Assembly (NCBI RefSeq): GCF_006345805.1
Contig: NC_042998.1
Span: forward strand, 90,706,001-90,770,000
From: Octopus sinensis
Lineage: Eukaryota
Reading direction: 5' to 3'
Length of the DNA stretch: 64,000 nt
Shown: one piece after another, positions 51,501 through 63,973 of the stretch
How the letters are laid out: each line of letters begins with the position of its first letter
Position numbering within the stretch: position 1 is the stretch's first letter
Made by a program: the position numbers and the translations under genes
The notes under the pieces: generated by a model
Told to the model about the DNA's origin: nothing
Databases searched by the model: none
The model's input: the letters and a program-made list of their open reading frames with translations, nothing else

Positions 51501-52118
51501 AACCAGATAAGATTGTACATCTGTTAAGATGGTAAACAGAGAAGGATGTAGATACATACATATGAATTTATGTAGATAACAGGTTGGCAAATAAGTAGTT
51601 AAAGAAGAAGCTAGATAAATTGGTAAATAGTATCAAAATCTGGATAAATTGTTAAAGAAATATGTAAATTTATATGCCATAAGGAAATATGAGTACTTAC
51701 ATTTCAAAGAAAGCCATTCTTTAGATAATACTGTGTAAAACCTATTAGCTCAGTGATATCTTAAACATTTAAATGTTTCTCTTCCTGAAGAAATTGCTTT
51801 TCTCAAAATGTTAGAACTCATGCCTTCCTTGGCATTAAAACTAAACTATATTGTGAACTTTGTTAAATGATTTTTATCAACACAAATCATTATTAGTGTC
51901 CCTGCATTCTGATTCTTATTTGCTTGTAAATAAAAATTTAGAAGCATAATTTAGTAGGTAAGGATATACAAAGGTAGGAAGAGAGAGATAAAGGATATGC
52001 TATATAACTGGCTGGGTAGATCAATATAGTGATAGGAAGGTAGGTTTGTAGGTATACAGGTATTTATATTAGTAGTTATGCAGATATATATGTTAATAGA
52101 AATTAATTTCCATTGCAG

Positions 52119-52250
52119 ATTGTTACTACAAGAATGTTTCTATACTAACCCAACAAAACAAAACATTGTCATTTAATGGCTCTCCCTACAACTGTAAATG
52201 TGTTGATGACAATGATGGAAATGTCCCTTATCTTATGTGCACCAAGGACT
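52119..52250 (+). CDS. Unrecognised glycoprotein, coding exon 2: 4-Cys module (C-x23-CxC-x12-C; FnI/vWC-like spacing)
   Basis: Acceptor aatttccattgCAG, donor GTAAGT, 132 nt, phase 1-1, open frame NCYYKNVSILTQQNKTLSFNGSPYNCKCVDDNDGNVPYLMCTKD. Confidence 0.82.
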
Positions 52251-53938
52251 GTAAGTATTCATCAGAGCAATTTCCATTTATAGTAGAAGAGTTTTCAGTT
52301 GGTGAATTTATTTATTTTTTTCAGTCAAGGACCAGCAATTTGGCTTTCCATAAAATTTTAACTAAATCTAAGAATTTTAATCACCAGTTAATGCAAGTAA
52401 TTATACATAGCTGTTTCTTAAAAGTTATCAATGCACTGTAGGTGAACATTTAGATATTTTTAAGCCTGAGATTGAAGGCCAGAAGTAATTCTGTGACAAA
52501 GTCAGACACCCAAGTTTTTCACTCCTTTCCATGTCCTAGGTTTAGCCTAATTCTTTTTCACTAAGGTGTAGTATATTTTCATTATATATCCAGACAAGTA
52601 CAGCAACAAATTCTGTTCACATTACTTAAAAACTTTCCTTCTCAGTCTATCTCCTGAGAACTTGTGTTTAACTTCTAGCTCAAATTTGTATATTTGATGC
52701 CTCATACATGATTTCTTTCTTTCAATTCTCTGTAGATGATCTTCTTTCATTATTTATTTCTTTATTGCCCGCAGGGGATAAACATAGAGGGGACAAATAA
52801 GATCAGACAAAGGGATTAAGTTGATTACATCGACCCCAGTGCATGACTGGGACTTATTTAATCAACTCTGAAAGGATGAAAGGCAAAGTCGACCTCGGCG
52901 GAATTTGAACTCAGAACAAAATACTGGCAGATGAAATACCTCTAAGCATTTTGCCTGGTGTGCTAACGTTTCTACCAGCTCACCACCTTAAAAGTCTTCT
53001 TTCAATATTACAACTATGCAACAACAAACTTCTTACTTCTTGCACAGGCTTCACACACTCTGATATTGTGAACTGAATCTTATGACAAAAATCGAAGTTT
53101 TTTTGTTGCTCTTTTTTCCCCCTTTTAACAAAATCAGAACAGAAAATTTAGTGTTAAAGGATTTCATTCATTTACTTATTTGTTTGTTTCATTTAATGAC
53201 CATACTGGCATGGCTTAGACAGAGGAAATAGAGGCAGGATTTTTATGACCAAATGCACTTTCAATCCCAATCCTTATAGCAATTGAAGTATTTCTTTTTG
53301 GAAGCAGAGCTAGCAGACAATTTGTTGATTGGAAATGCCAACAAACATCACCATTTGCAGTCCAAACACAAATGGTAATGTTATTATTCATAGCCATGGC
53401 TCCGTGTAGTTTTGTAAACATTGATACATGCATGTGCACACATACACATGCACATGTATACACACACACACGCACACACATAATGGGCTTTTTTCAGTTT
53501 CTGTCTATCAAATTCCCTTGCAAGGCATTGGTCAGTCTGAGGATATAGTAGAAGACACTTGCAAAAGGTGTGGCACACTAGGACTGAACCTGAAGCTGCA
53601 TGATTGAGAAGCAAACTTCTTAACCCCATGACCATGTTTGTTTCATTTATATATTTCATTACATTGAACATATAAATGATTTCAACTATTTCCTTACATT
53701 AAACTTATAGATATTGCTGGTACAGTGACAGGAATCCCTTGCCTCAGAAACACGAAATTTAATGCTTCAAAATATTTTATAAATAGAACAGTAGAAACAA
53801 ATGATTTCACATAAAACAAATATTATTACTGTTGCCACTTAGCTTTCTAAATTCACCAGAGTTCTTGACTATTCCATTAATTAACATTTCATTATGATTG
53901 CTGCTTACAGTTTTAAATTCTATAATTTTTATTTTCAG

Positions 53939-55219
53939 CCTCAGAAAATGCTACTTTAAATATGATAATTATTCAAAATCAACCATCATCCAAGGCAGCT
54001 CAGAATGACTCTTCAAAGATTACATTACAAGAAAAAAATATCCAGCAATCTAATAACTCTGTGGTGCAAGCTGATGGCTCAAGCAATAGCTCTGTTTCAA
54101 ACTCAAACAAAACTGTCAATTACTGTAAAAACTCCACTGTTTCTAATGATACAAATGTGAGTCCTGTGACAGATACCCAACATTTCAATTTTGAGACTGA
54201 AGACAAAGCTCCAGAAAGCAATGTTTCAACTGGAAATAATTTAGAAGTTACAAATGATACAGCTGTAAATACATCAAGTAACTCAATCCAACACATAAAC
54301 AATAACACAACAGAAATTTTAAATAGTAGTGTAAAAACTGGAGATCATCAACTTGTTAATGCATCTAGCAATGTTACTTCAAGTTTTAGTAAAAAGGAAA
54401 CTGAAAGTAAATCAGATAACCAGGTGAATATGTCAACTAGGGGAAATACAACAAGAGAAAATGGCACAGCAGTAAGAAATAGTGAAGAAACAACTATGAA
54501 AAATGTCAGTTCTTCAGATGGAAAAATAACAAGGGAAATAAGAACAGTGAATGATTCAAATATTGCCAATGGAGAAAATGTAGAAAAGGGTCCTAACTCT
54601 ACCAGTACAGGCCAAGGGCAAAATATTTCAATGACCCAACATACAAATGACACTGACAAAAACCTTGATAATCTTCCAGAATCATCCACAGTCAAAAACT
54701 TTGTAGCACTTGAAGCAGAAAGTTTCCAGGAAGAATTAACAAACTTCAGCAAGAGGGGTGACATGCCAAACAAGACTGCTACTAATGAAACTATAAACAA
54801 TGATCAACAAACTATAAATGGTACTACTGTGAAAAATGATAGTGCTGAAGCTGTCACACCAAACACAAAAAGTAAGATCAAAAACGTAAATGGTTCGCAG
54901 TATGCAGTCAGGAGTACAGCTGAAATTTCCAACCCTTCTGCTGCTGATGAAACTAAATATAAGAACAACAAGGCAAATGCAACAGTGTCAAATAAGACTA
55001 ATGCAGAAAGAGACAATGGTACAAAGAATGGGACCAATTTTTCAACAAATACCACTGTGGCCAAACATAATATGAGTTCTCCTCTCATGAGTAACTTGAA
55101 TTTGGTGAGTCTGACTTTAAGGGAAATATTGTCTCTTGAAATAACTACCCAAGCAAACAATCCAACATTGATGAAGAAAAATAATATTTCCAAAGCAGCT
55201 ACAGGCAATGTTTCCCTTG
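53939..55219 (+). CDS. Unrecognised glycoprotein, coding exon 3: 427-codon Asn/Ser/Thr-rich region with ~39 N-X-S/T sequons
   Basis: Acceptor tataatttttattttCAG at 53938, in frame with the 53962 ORF, donor GTATGT at 55220, 1281 nt, phase 1-1, no stops in very AT-rich DNA. Confidence 0.88.
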
Positions 55220-55375
55220 GTATGTATGAAAGATTTTGAAAGAAATTCATAATTTATTCTGCATTTTTTCTTTTAGTCTTTAGATTTGTTATTGCTGCAT
55301 TGAACCAAAACAACATTGGAGTATATCAGTGTACATTGCCAGTAAATTATTCTTTATTGTTCTGTTAAAGAAGTC

Positions 55376-57259
55376 ATCATCATCATCATCATCATTTAGC
55401 GTCCGTTTTCCATGCTAGCATGGGTTGGACGGTTCTACTGGGGTCTGTGAAGCCAGAAGGCTTCATCAGGCCCAGTCAAATCTGGCAGTGTTTCTACGGC
55501 TGGATGCCCTTCCTAACGCCAACCACTCCGTGAGTGTAGTGGGTGCTTTTTACGTGCCACCCGCACTGGTGCCAGACAGAGCTGGCAAACGGCCACGAAC
55601 GGATGGTGCTTTTTATGTGCCACCGGCACGAGGGCCAGGCGAGGCTGGCAATGGACACGAAACGGGGCGGTGCTGGCAACGGTCGCGAAACGGAAAGTTC
55701 TCTTACATGCCACCGGCACTGGTAACACATCTGCAATTTCCATTGATCGATTTCCATTGATCGATTTCGATTCTGATCCTCACTTGCCTCAATGGGTCTT
55801 CACAAGCAGAGTTTCGATATGCCACCGGCACTGGTAGCACATCCGCAATTTCCATTGATCGATTTCGATTCTGATCCTCACTTGCCTCAACACGTCTTCA
55901 CAAGTAGAGTTTTGTGTCCCAAGAAGGGAAGGTATGCATACGTAGGCTGGCTCCATCCCATGTAGAAGGCCACGGGTTGTGGACTCACTTGTCCTGCCGG
56001 GTCTTCTCGCGCACAGCACACTTCCAGAGGTCTCGGTCTCTAGTCATTTCCTCAGTGAGACCTAAAGTTCGAAGGTCGTGCTTCACCACCTCGTCCCAGG
56101 TTTTCCTGGGTCTGCCTCTTCCACAGGTTCCCTCAACCGCTAGGGTGTGGCACTTTTTCACACAACTATCTTCATCCATTCTCGCCACATGACCATACCA
56201 GCACAAACGTCTCTCTTGCACACCACAACTGATGCTTCTTAGGTCCAGCTTTTCTCTCAAGGTACTTACACTCTGCCGAGTGTGAGTACCGGCATTACAC
56301 ATCCATCGGAGCATACTGGCTTCATTTCTAGCGAGCTTACGCATATCCTCAGCAGTCATGGCCCATGTTTCACTGCCATGTAGCATGGCTGTTCGTACAC
56401 ACGCATCATACAGTCTGCCTTTCACTCTGTGCGAGAGGCCTTTTGTCACCAGCAGAGGTAAGAGCTCTCTGAACTTTGCCCAAGCTATTCTTACTCTAGC
56501 AGTTACACTTTCAGCACACCCGCCCCCGCTGCTGACTTGGTCACCTAGGTAACGGAAACTATCAACTATTTCTAGTTTTTCTCCCTGGAAAGTGACGGAA
56601 GTTGGTCTCAGAGCATTTTCAGTGTTTATTGTTCCTGAGCATCTGCCACATACAAAAACCATCTTCCTAGTTAGCCTTCCTTTGACATTGCTGCATCTCT
56701 TATGTGTCCATAGCTTACACTTGGTGCATCTTATAGAGTTTCTACCTACACCTTTTCTACAGATCGAGCAGGGCCATCTACCTGAAGGTGTTTGTGATTT
56801 GTCTACCTTCCTACTGATTACGACTTTGGTTTTAGCTAGATTGACTCTGAGGCCCTTCGATTCTAATCCTTGTTTCCACACCTGAAACTTCTCCTCCAGT
56901 TCTGATAGCGACTCAGCAATTAGAGCAAGGTCATCAGCATAGAGGAGCTCCCAAGGGCATCCTGTCTTGAATTCCTCCGTTATTGCCTGGAGGACTATGA
57001 TAAATAGGAGGGGGCTGAGTACTGAGCCTTGGTGGACCCCTACCTCTACCCGGAATTCTTCACTGTACTCACTTCCAACCCTCACCCTACTAGCGGCGTC
57101 CCTATACATGGCCCGCACAGCTCTCACTAACCATTCATCTATCCCTAGTTTTCTCATTGCCCACCAGATAAGGGATCGGGGGACCCTGTCGAAGGCTTTC
57201 TCCATGTCAACAAAAGCCAGGTACAGGGGCTTATCTTTGGCTAGGTATTTCTCCTGCAG
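55376..57259 (-). mobile_element. Young 5'-truncated RTE LINE, antisense in the intron after exon 3
   Basis: (CAT)n tail at 55376, ~600-bp 3' UTR, intact ORF to the truncation point near 57259. Confidence 0.93.
55985..57259 (-). CDS. RTE ORF2 fragment: RT core, embedded PHD-type finger, thumb and C-terminus
   Basis: LAFVDMEKAFDRVP, GVHQGSVLSPLLF, LLYADD, FRYLG, LHGSETW and GRGRPRKTW. No stop over ~424 codons. Confidence 0.9.
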   Translation of the reverse strand: MQEKYLAKDKPLYLAFVDMEKAFDRVPRSLIWWAMRKLGIDEWLVRAVRAMYRDAASRVRVGSEYSEEFRVEVGVHQGSVLSPLLFIIVLQAITEEFKTGCPWELLYADDLALIAESLSELEEKFQVWKQGLESKGLRVNLAKTKVVISRKVDKSQTPSGRWPCSICRKGVGRNSIRCTKCKLWTHKRCSNVKGRLTRKMVFVCGRCSGTINTENALRPTSVTFQGEKLEIVDSFRYLGDQVSSGGGCAESVTARVRIAWAKFRELLPLLVTKGLSHRVKGRLYDACVRTAMLHGSETWAMTAEDMRKLARNEASMLRWMCNAGTHTRQSVSTLREKLDLRSISCGVQERRLCWYGHVARMDEDSCVKKCHTLAVEGTCGRGRPRKTWDEVVKHDLRTLGLTEEMTRDRDLWKCAVREKTRQDK

Positions 57260-58675
57260 TTTCTCAAAATCATTATTTCTAATTCTGAGATGGAATCAGA
57301 AATTTGTATGGAAGAAGTAATAATAATCCATTAAATTGATCCCAAGATGAAGTGCAAAAATAATCCTTATAAAATCCCCCCCAAAATCTGAACTCAGAAT
57401 ATAAAGAAATATAGCAAAACATTATAAGGTATTTTAGACAATCACTAAAGCAGAAAACAGTGGTTTGTAGAAACTGTAGAAAGTTAAACTGAATATCTAA
57501 TGGCCTTTAGTTGCTTTTTATTGCTAAATTCAAACCTTAATATGGTTAACTTTACTTTCTTTCTAAGATTGATATTGAAAAAAAACAAAACAAAAGCAGT
57601 CAAATATTGGATCAATCAGATTGACTGCAATCTTCTTCCAAAATTTGTGTCTTTGAGCCAAAATAATAACTTATGCTAAAGTTAAATAGATATGATAATG
57701 ACAAAAATATTAAACTCACATACAAAATCATTTAATCTAACAAACATAACAACTGTTGAATTTGCCTTTCTTTGAAAGGATTAATAGATATTTACCATAC
57801 AAGGTCTACTCAATTAAAATCCTTCCTGACAAATTTATGACCTTCCACCAATAAAAGAAATTAATATGAACCTAGAGAGCATGACTCTCTTAGAATTCCT
57901 CTCCACCCTAATCTATTACATCCTCCATTTCCTCTTTCCCCCACCTAACAATTCACTCTATCACTTTCCTACTCTGTCCTCCCATTTTTCTTAATAACCC
58001 TTGACACTGATCCCTTCACTCTCCCTTGTTCTTTGCCATACTAACTACTTAATGCTTACTGTCACTCCCTCCACAGCCATCCAATTGTAACAATAAATCT
58101 GGTCCTCTCCTCTCACTTACCTCCCCTACTTAGAATCATTGCATGCTCTCTCCTTTATTTTCCCTCAGCTGTAGAAAACATTTCAGGCACCTTAACCTGA
58201 AACAATCTTCACTAGTGCTAATGTCACAAAAAAAAAGCACCCAGTCCACTCTGTAAAATGGTTGGCATTATGAAGAGGTTCCAGCTATAGAAATCATGCT
58301 AAGTAAACATTGGAGCATGACATAGTTCTCCAGCCCATCAGGTCCTGTCGAACCAGCCAGCCCATGCCAGCAGAGTAGCTGACATTAAATCCTGGGGTCG
58401 ATTTGTTCAACTAAAGGCAGTGCTCCAGCATGGCCACAGTCAAATGACTGAAACAAGTAAAAGAATAAAAGAATAGATACACATACAAACCAATTTTAAC
58501 TGTCAACTGTTCAAGATGCCTCAAGAAATGGTTTGGTTATGTAATTCACATTATATAATATCATTATATAATATCATTGTGAACAAATAAATAGACATGC
58601 TGTCTAAATATATGTAGCATAGTTTGAACAAAAACAACTCTATTCATATTTTTCATTCTCTCTCTATCTCTCTAT

Positions 58676-58727
<52 letters not shown>

Positions 58728-58968
58728 CAAAATGGAACAAGAATGCAAGACATCTGGACAGCATAAGGTTTCACAATTCACAGAGGTCTCAAAATAATGG
58801 AAAGGACCTTCTTGTGTATATAAGGCTTTATACAATATATCTTAGAGTCTTCCCATGTTTAAATCCTACATTGGCTATAAGTAGGTCTTTGTAAAAGGAA
58901 TACATTAAGATTGCAACAGAAATTTCTTAATGTTTTCCTTAATTAAATACTTCACAAAATATTGTTAG

Positions 58969-59055
58969 TATCGAGCTGTTTTTATTCATCTCCAACTGTT
59001 TTGGAAGACCATCTCAATGGAAAACTAGCAAAATCTGTGAATTGTTCAACTGATA
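58969..59055 (+). CDS. Unrecognised glycoprotein, probable coding exon 4 (VSSCFYSSPTVLEDHLNGKLAKSVNCSTD)
   Basis: Acceptor aatattgtTAG at 58968, donor GTAAGT at 59056, 87 nt, phase 1-1, open in the required frame, two Cys. Confidence 0.62.
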
Positions 59056-60479
59056 GTAAGTAGCTACTAAAAATAGTTTTAAATTAATTTTCTTGTGTTG
59101 AGATTTGTTCAATGAGTTATTGAATATTAATTGGCAATAGGAACAGAATTATCATTATATTTTAACTAGGCAACTGATTAAAATCTTGGATCTAATATCC
59201 CCAAAGTGAATAATTTGAAAGCACTAAAGCAATTCTCCCCAAACTCATAAGAATTATGAGCCTTTAAAATCCATTGAATTACTTTAAGTGTCATGAACCT
59301 GTTGATAGTATTTTTTTCCTTTTCTTTTTCCATCCATAAGTGGCTTGTAACAAGAGGTAAATTAAGAGTTGGGCTTTACCAGTTTAGGAAGTATATTTAG
59401 ATGTGTGCACATAAGAAGGTTTGAATGTATAAATGCATGTTTTACATAAAGGTAACACTAAAAATCAGGAGGTATGCTTTTGGTTAACAAACATAATTTA
59501 TTCCTTGCTCACACATGAAGTAGGTAGCACAACAGAGATAAGTGTACAAGACACTAGGGTGTAGGAGGCATGGGTTAATTCCTTAATGCACATCAAGGTA
59601 GTTAGCTCCAGTACTTGGCTGCAAATCTAAAATATCCAATAAGTTTTGAAGTGGTAGTGAGGTGAGGTAGAAATCCCATAGTGTGTCGAGCTAGACAAGC
59701 CACAAGCTTGTCAATAGATTAGTGCCTACATCTGAATGGGATAAAGCAAAGCAGCTACGAAAGGGAACCAGATGTTAATGTTCTGACATTTAGACAGTAA
59801 CTGGATAAAACACCTTTGAAAAGCGCATGCTATTACTCTGGGTGGAAGTTGTCGTGTGTATTCCTCTGCCGTTAGCTTTCAAGAGTGGTGGAACGCAGCA
59901 CCAATGTGCTGCAATGCTGGAGCAAAGTAATTCGACTGCCCTGCCAATGTTACAGGCTCATTATGTTTGCTTCAATGTTCCTGACTCCATGGCCTGCTTT
60001 GGCATGGTTTCTATGGCTGGATGCCCTTCCTAACACCAACCATTTTAAAGAGTGTACTGGGTTTTTTTTTATTTGTGGTACCAGCCCTAGTGAAGACGCC
60101 ATGTAAATTGCAAAACTAAGATCTCTATCAGGTAAGTAGAGCTACGGTAGAGAAAAAGGCAGCTTTTACACTCAGTGATGAAAAGTTAGAGTATTCTTGC
60201 TGGATAAGAAGTAAATGGCTGCTCATATTATACAAGAGTGGATTATCAGTATGGAGTTGGAAGGAGAAATAAAGTTGGTGGAGACGAGGTGTCAGGGTGG
60301 GCCCTGGGGACAGAAGAACAGTGTGTATGCTTATGTGTGTGTATATGTACACACACACACACACACACACTTCGATATAAAGAGAGAGAAAGAGAGAGAG
60401 AGAGAGATGAGATGAGATGGGGTGAGAATGAAAGGTCAGTGAATAACAAAAATATATCAGTTTCTAAATACTATTTTTT

Positions 60480-61700
60480 GCGTCAGGGCAGGTTTTGCCA
60501 TGGGCAGACTGGTCTTCTGCAGCATCATATATCACCAATCAGCAGTAATTTGTCATCTCCTCCATGAGATGTTGCAACTTTCACCAACTTGTCCCATGTC
60601 TTCCTTGGTTTCTCTCTTCAGCAAGTTCCTCTAATTTGGAGTGCTTGGCACTTCCTCATGCATTATCTATCTTCCATATGCATCATATTCTCATACAAAT
60701 GCTGTTTTCTCTCTTGCACATTACACCTAATTCCTCCCTTACTTAGTTTTCCTCTCAACTCGTTTCTGCTTTAGTATTCATGCACACAAACTTAATCTTT
60801 ACAAGCATTTTGTATTCAAGGCCCATATTTCACTATTATCCAGCATAACAATTCTAACATAAGCATCACACCCTTAGATTTGAGGGAAAAGATCTTCATT
60901 GCCAGCTAAGTTTATAGCTGAACTCATGGTTAACAATCAGTTTCCATAGGGGCTATCAGATTACCAAACATGGAACCTACATCTACAAATACCAACTATA
61001 GCAACTTACTTTTAGCTAAGTATTTCTCTTGCACTCGTCTCATGAAGATGATTACATCTGTAGTAGCTTCTTCAGGGCACAAAACCAAACAGCATCATAT
61101 TTATTATGTTGTTCAATAGATAACTTCATTGAAGAACATTAGTGCTATGACTCTCCATGGTCCTCCAATTTGATGTCTCTATAATTTCTTTTCTAAAAGA
61201 CATCTCCTTTGCCCTTGTAGCAGTTTGTAATGATACTGCTACACCAGTCATTGGCTAAGATGCCTTCCTGTATTACTTGATTAACTATGCAGCTGATTAT
61301 GAATCCTATTTTGAGTATCTCAGCAACTATCAATGATAAGCAAGTAGCTTTCTTTACTTTCATGTTCTTATTCATTGTCTAACACACTATAGTCAATGTG
61401 AATTGTTGGTCGTTTTGAGGGTCAGCATGAGGCATTCCCTCTTTATCCCATGCATTCTCTAGATTTAACAGCATCTCATCATAGCAGATCTTTGCTTCTT
61501 TCTGATCATCAGAAACAATAGCATGTGTACCTTCAGAATTTTTAATATGCTTCTCCCTAGTGATACCTTGCTTTCTTTAACACACTCTCTTCCCAATCGC
61601 AATGTGTTAACATTTTATGTTAAGGGTTATAAGATGTCATAGTGGCATTCAACTGTGAGTGTACAGTTCCATGTGGCTGAAACAGCAGTAATCCAATGAA
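60480..61700 (-). mobile_element. Older decayed copy of the RTE family
   Basis: Minus-strand LLNLENAWDKE and DWCSSIITNCYKGKGD match the RTE pre-RT region. Confidence 0.7.
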
Positions 61701-61726
61701 GATGACATAACTTCTCTTTTGTCATT

Positions 61727-61728
61727 CA

Positions 61729-61807
<79 letters not shown>

Positions 61808-62034
61808 TTATCGATCTATCTATCTATCTATCTATCTGTCTGTCTGTCTGTCTACACATACATCCATCCATACATACACCCATACATACATATACTCATA
61901 CATACATACATACACTCATACATACATACATACACCCATACATACATACACCCACACATACATACATGCATCCATACATACATGCATCCATACATACACC
62001 CATACTTACACACATACCTACATACATACATACA

Positions 62035-62069
<35 letters not shown>

Positions 62070-62085
62070 GTGTGTGTGTGTGTGT
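61727..62085. repeat. Compound (TATC)n/(TGTC)n/(TACA)n/(TG)n microsatellite
   Basis: Direct reading. Confidence 0.95.
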
Positions 62086-62125
62086 AAAGGTTATAATATT
62101 CTGTTTTTATTTTTATTTTTTACAG

Positions 62126-62142
62126 AAACCAATGTTATCTGA
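62126..62142 (+). CDS. Candidate terminal exon of the glycoprotein gene (KTNVI* if phase 1)
   Basis: Strong acceptor ttttatttttattttttaCAG at 62125. The frame is unverified, and the gene may instead continue past the window. Confidence 0.25.
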
Positions 62143-62775
62143 TGCTGACAACACTATATATTCAAGAACTTCAGAAAAGAACAGAATGCAAAATCCAAAT
62201 ATGTATCAATATTATTTTCTTCCATACATACACCAAGAGGCACGTACATAGTGTCAATCATTGCACCAACAGCAATAAACTGTCAAATTTGAGACCAAAT
62301 CCATTTAATAATAGCAGTTAAAGTTTCACTATCAAACAATTAACCAAGACATCTTAAATATGTATTATCTGTTTTAATACTTGCATGGCAAACGTGTACA
62401 TTGACCACAAAGCTAGATGTGTTTTGATACACAATATATAATACGTACATGCATGCAAACATATACATATATATATTCACATACACACACACATACATGC
62501 ATGCACATGTGCACACACACACACACACACACACACATAGTTCTCCAATTCTTATATTTGAAACTGAATGGTAAAAGCAACTGAAATAAGTCTATAATAT
62601 AGTATTGTATAAATAATATATATATTCCAAACATATATTTTACTATATGCAAGTCCTCTTTTCCCTTAATATTTCTGTTTATTAAAATTTATAGCATATC
62701 TGTCTACATATCTAATAAGACATTTAGCAATATATGTATATGTGTGTACAGTCGCATGTGTCTGTGTGTGTATAT

Positions 62776-62830
<55 letters not shown>

Positions 62831-63149
62831 ACCCATACACACACACACAAGTAATATAGAATTCTGCTCATTCTCCCTCTGATGATGGAATAGATTGCTA
62901 CTATAAGGTTGACTGTTGATTGTTTGCAGAATAAAGCACCATCTGCAGATCAACTCTTGAAACAGCTTTCAGAAACTACCTGCACACTTCTTACTTCCTT
63001 CCTTCACATGATCTGTACTCATGTAATGACTCAACCCTCATGTTTAGATATATAAATGTCATAATCTAACCTCATATCTGTTGTTTGCCTGTTTATAATT
63101 GTGTCATCTCCTAATATAATAATGAGCATAGTGTTTTGATATATTTGAA

Positions 63150-63194
<45 letters not shown>

Positions 63195-63923
63195 CCAAAA
63201 TCACAGAGTAGGAGTAGGGTGGAGTAGGAGAAAGACTAGTATAAATGGAGAGGAGAGAGTAATTCAGTGAAGGAGAAGTAGTGAGAGTAATAGCCCTGAC
63301 TGAGAGTGAGTGAAAGAAAGTAATAGCAATGGAAAAGGGAAGGCGTGATAGATGAATAAGGAAGGAAGGGGTGAAAAAAAATCAACATTTCATCTCTGTG
63401 TGAGTATATGTGTGTGCATGTAAAAGGGAGGTATGTGAATGTTTGTGTGTGTGTGTGTGTATGTGTGTGTGTGTATACATATATCATATATATGAATAAA
63501 GTTTTTCTAAGTCTACAGTGAGATATATTAGTAACGACAGAAAATATGTCAGAAGTGATTGTTGTCTTGCATTGGAGAGAATATACCCCCATCTTCTGAT
63601 TTATTTACCAATTATTATTAATATATTCATTTAGGTGGCAAGTTGGCAGAAATGTAAGACCCCTAGGCAAAATGCTAAGCGGCATTTTGTTCATCTTTAC
63701 GTCCTGAGTTCAAATTCCACTGAGGTCAACTTTGCCTTTCATCCTTTCAGGGTCGATAAAATTAATACCAGTTGATCACTGGGGTTGATTTAATTGACTA
63801 ACATGTTCTCCTAAAATTGCTGACCTTGTGCCAACATTTGAAACCATTATTAATATATACTTTATATGTGTGTATGTATATGTACATACATACATACACA
63901 CACACATATATGTGTGTGTGTAT

Positions 63924-63973
<50 letters not shown>

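Noticed and set aside
53939-54010. Alternative frame LRKCYFKYDNY... resembling the start of exon 2
   Set aside because: It needs a phase-2 junction, stops after ~24 codons, and the sequon-rich frame is the one compatible with the exon 2 donor.
54120-55250. Minus-strand hydrophobic ORFs (54120-54308, 54348-54800, 54804-55250)
   Set aside because: They are antisense shadows of the Asn/Thr/Ser-rich exon.
58169-58200. Alternative terminal exon AVENISGTLT* after a pyrimidine tract
   Set aside because: The acceptor lies in a long CT-rich low-complexity tract where such sites arise by chance; the 58969 exon has both splice sites and an open frame.
61513-61580. Hydrophobic C-terminal exon candidate (GPI- or TM-like KTIACVPSEFLICFSLVIPCFL*)
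   Set aside because: It lies on the antisense strand of a decayed RTE copy; the hydrophobicity follows from T-rich sequence.
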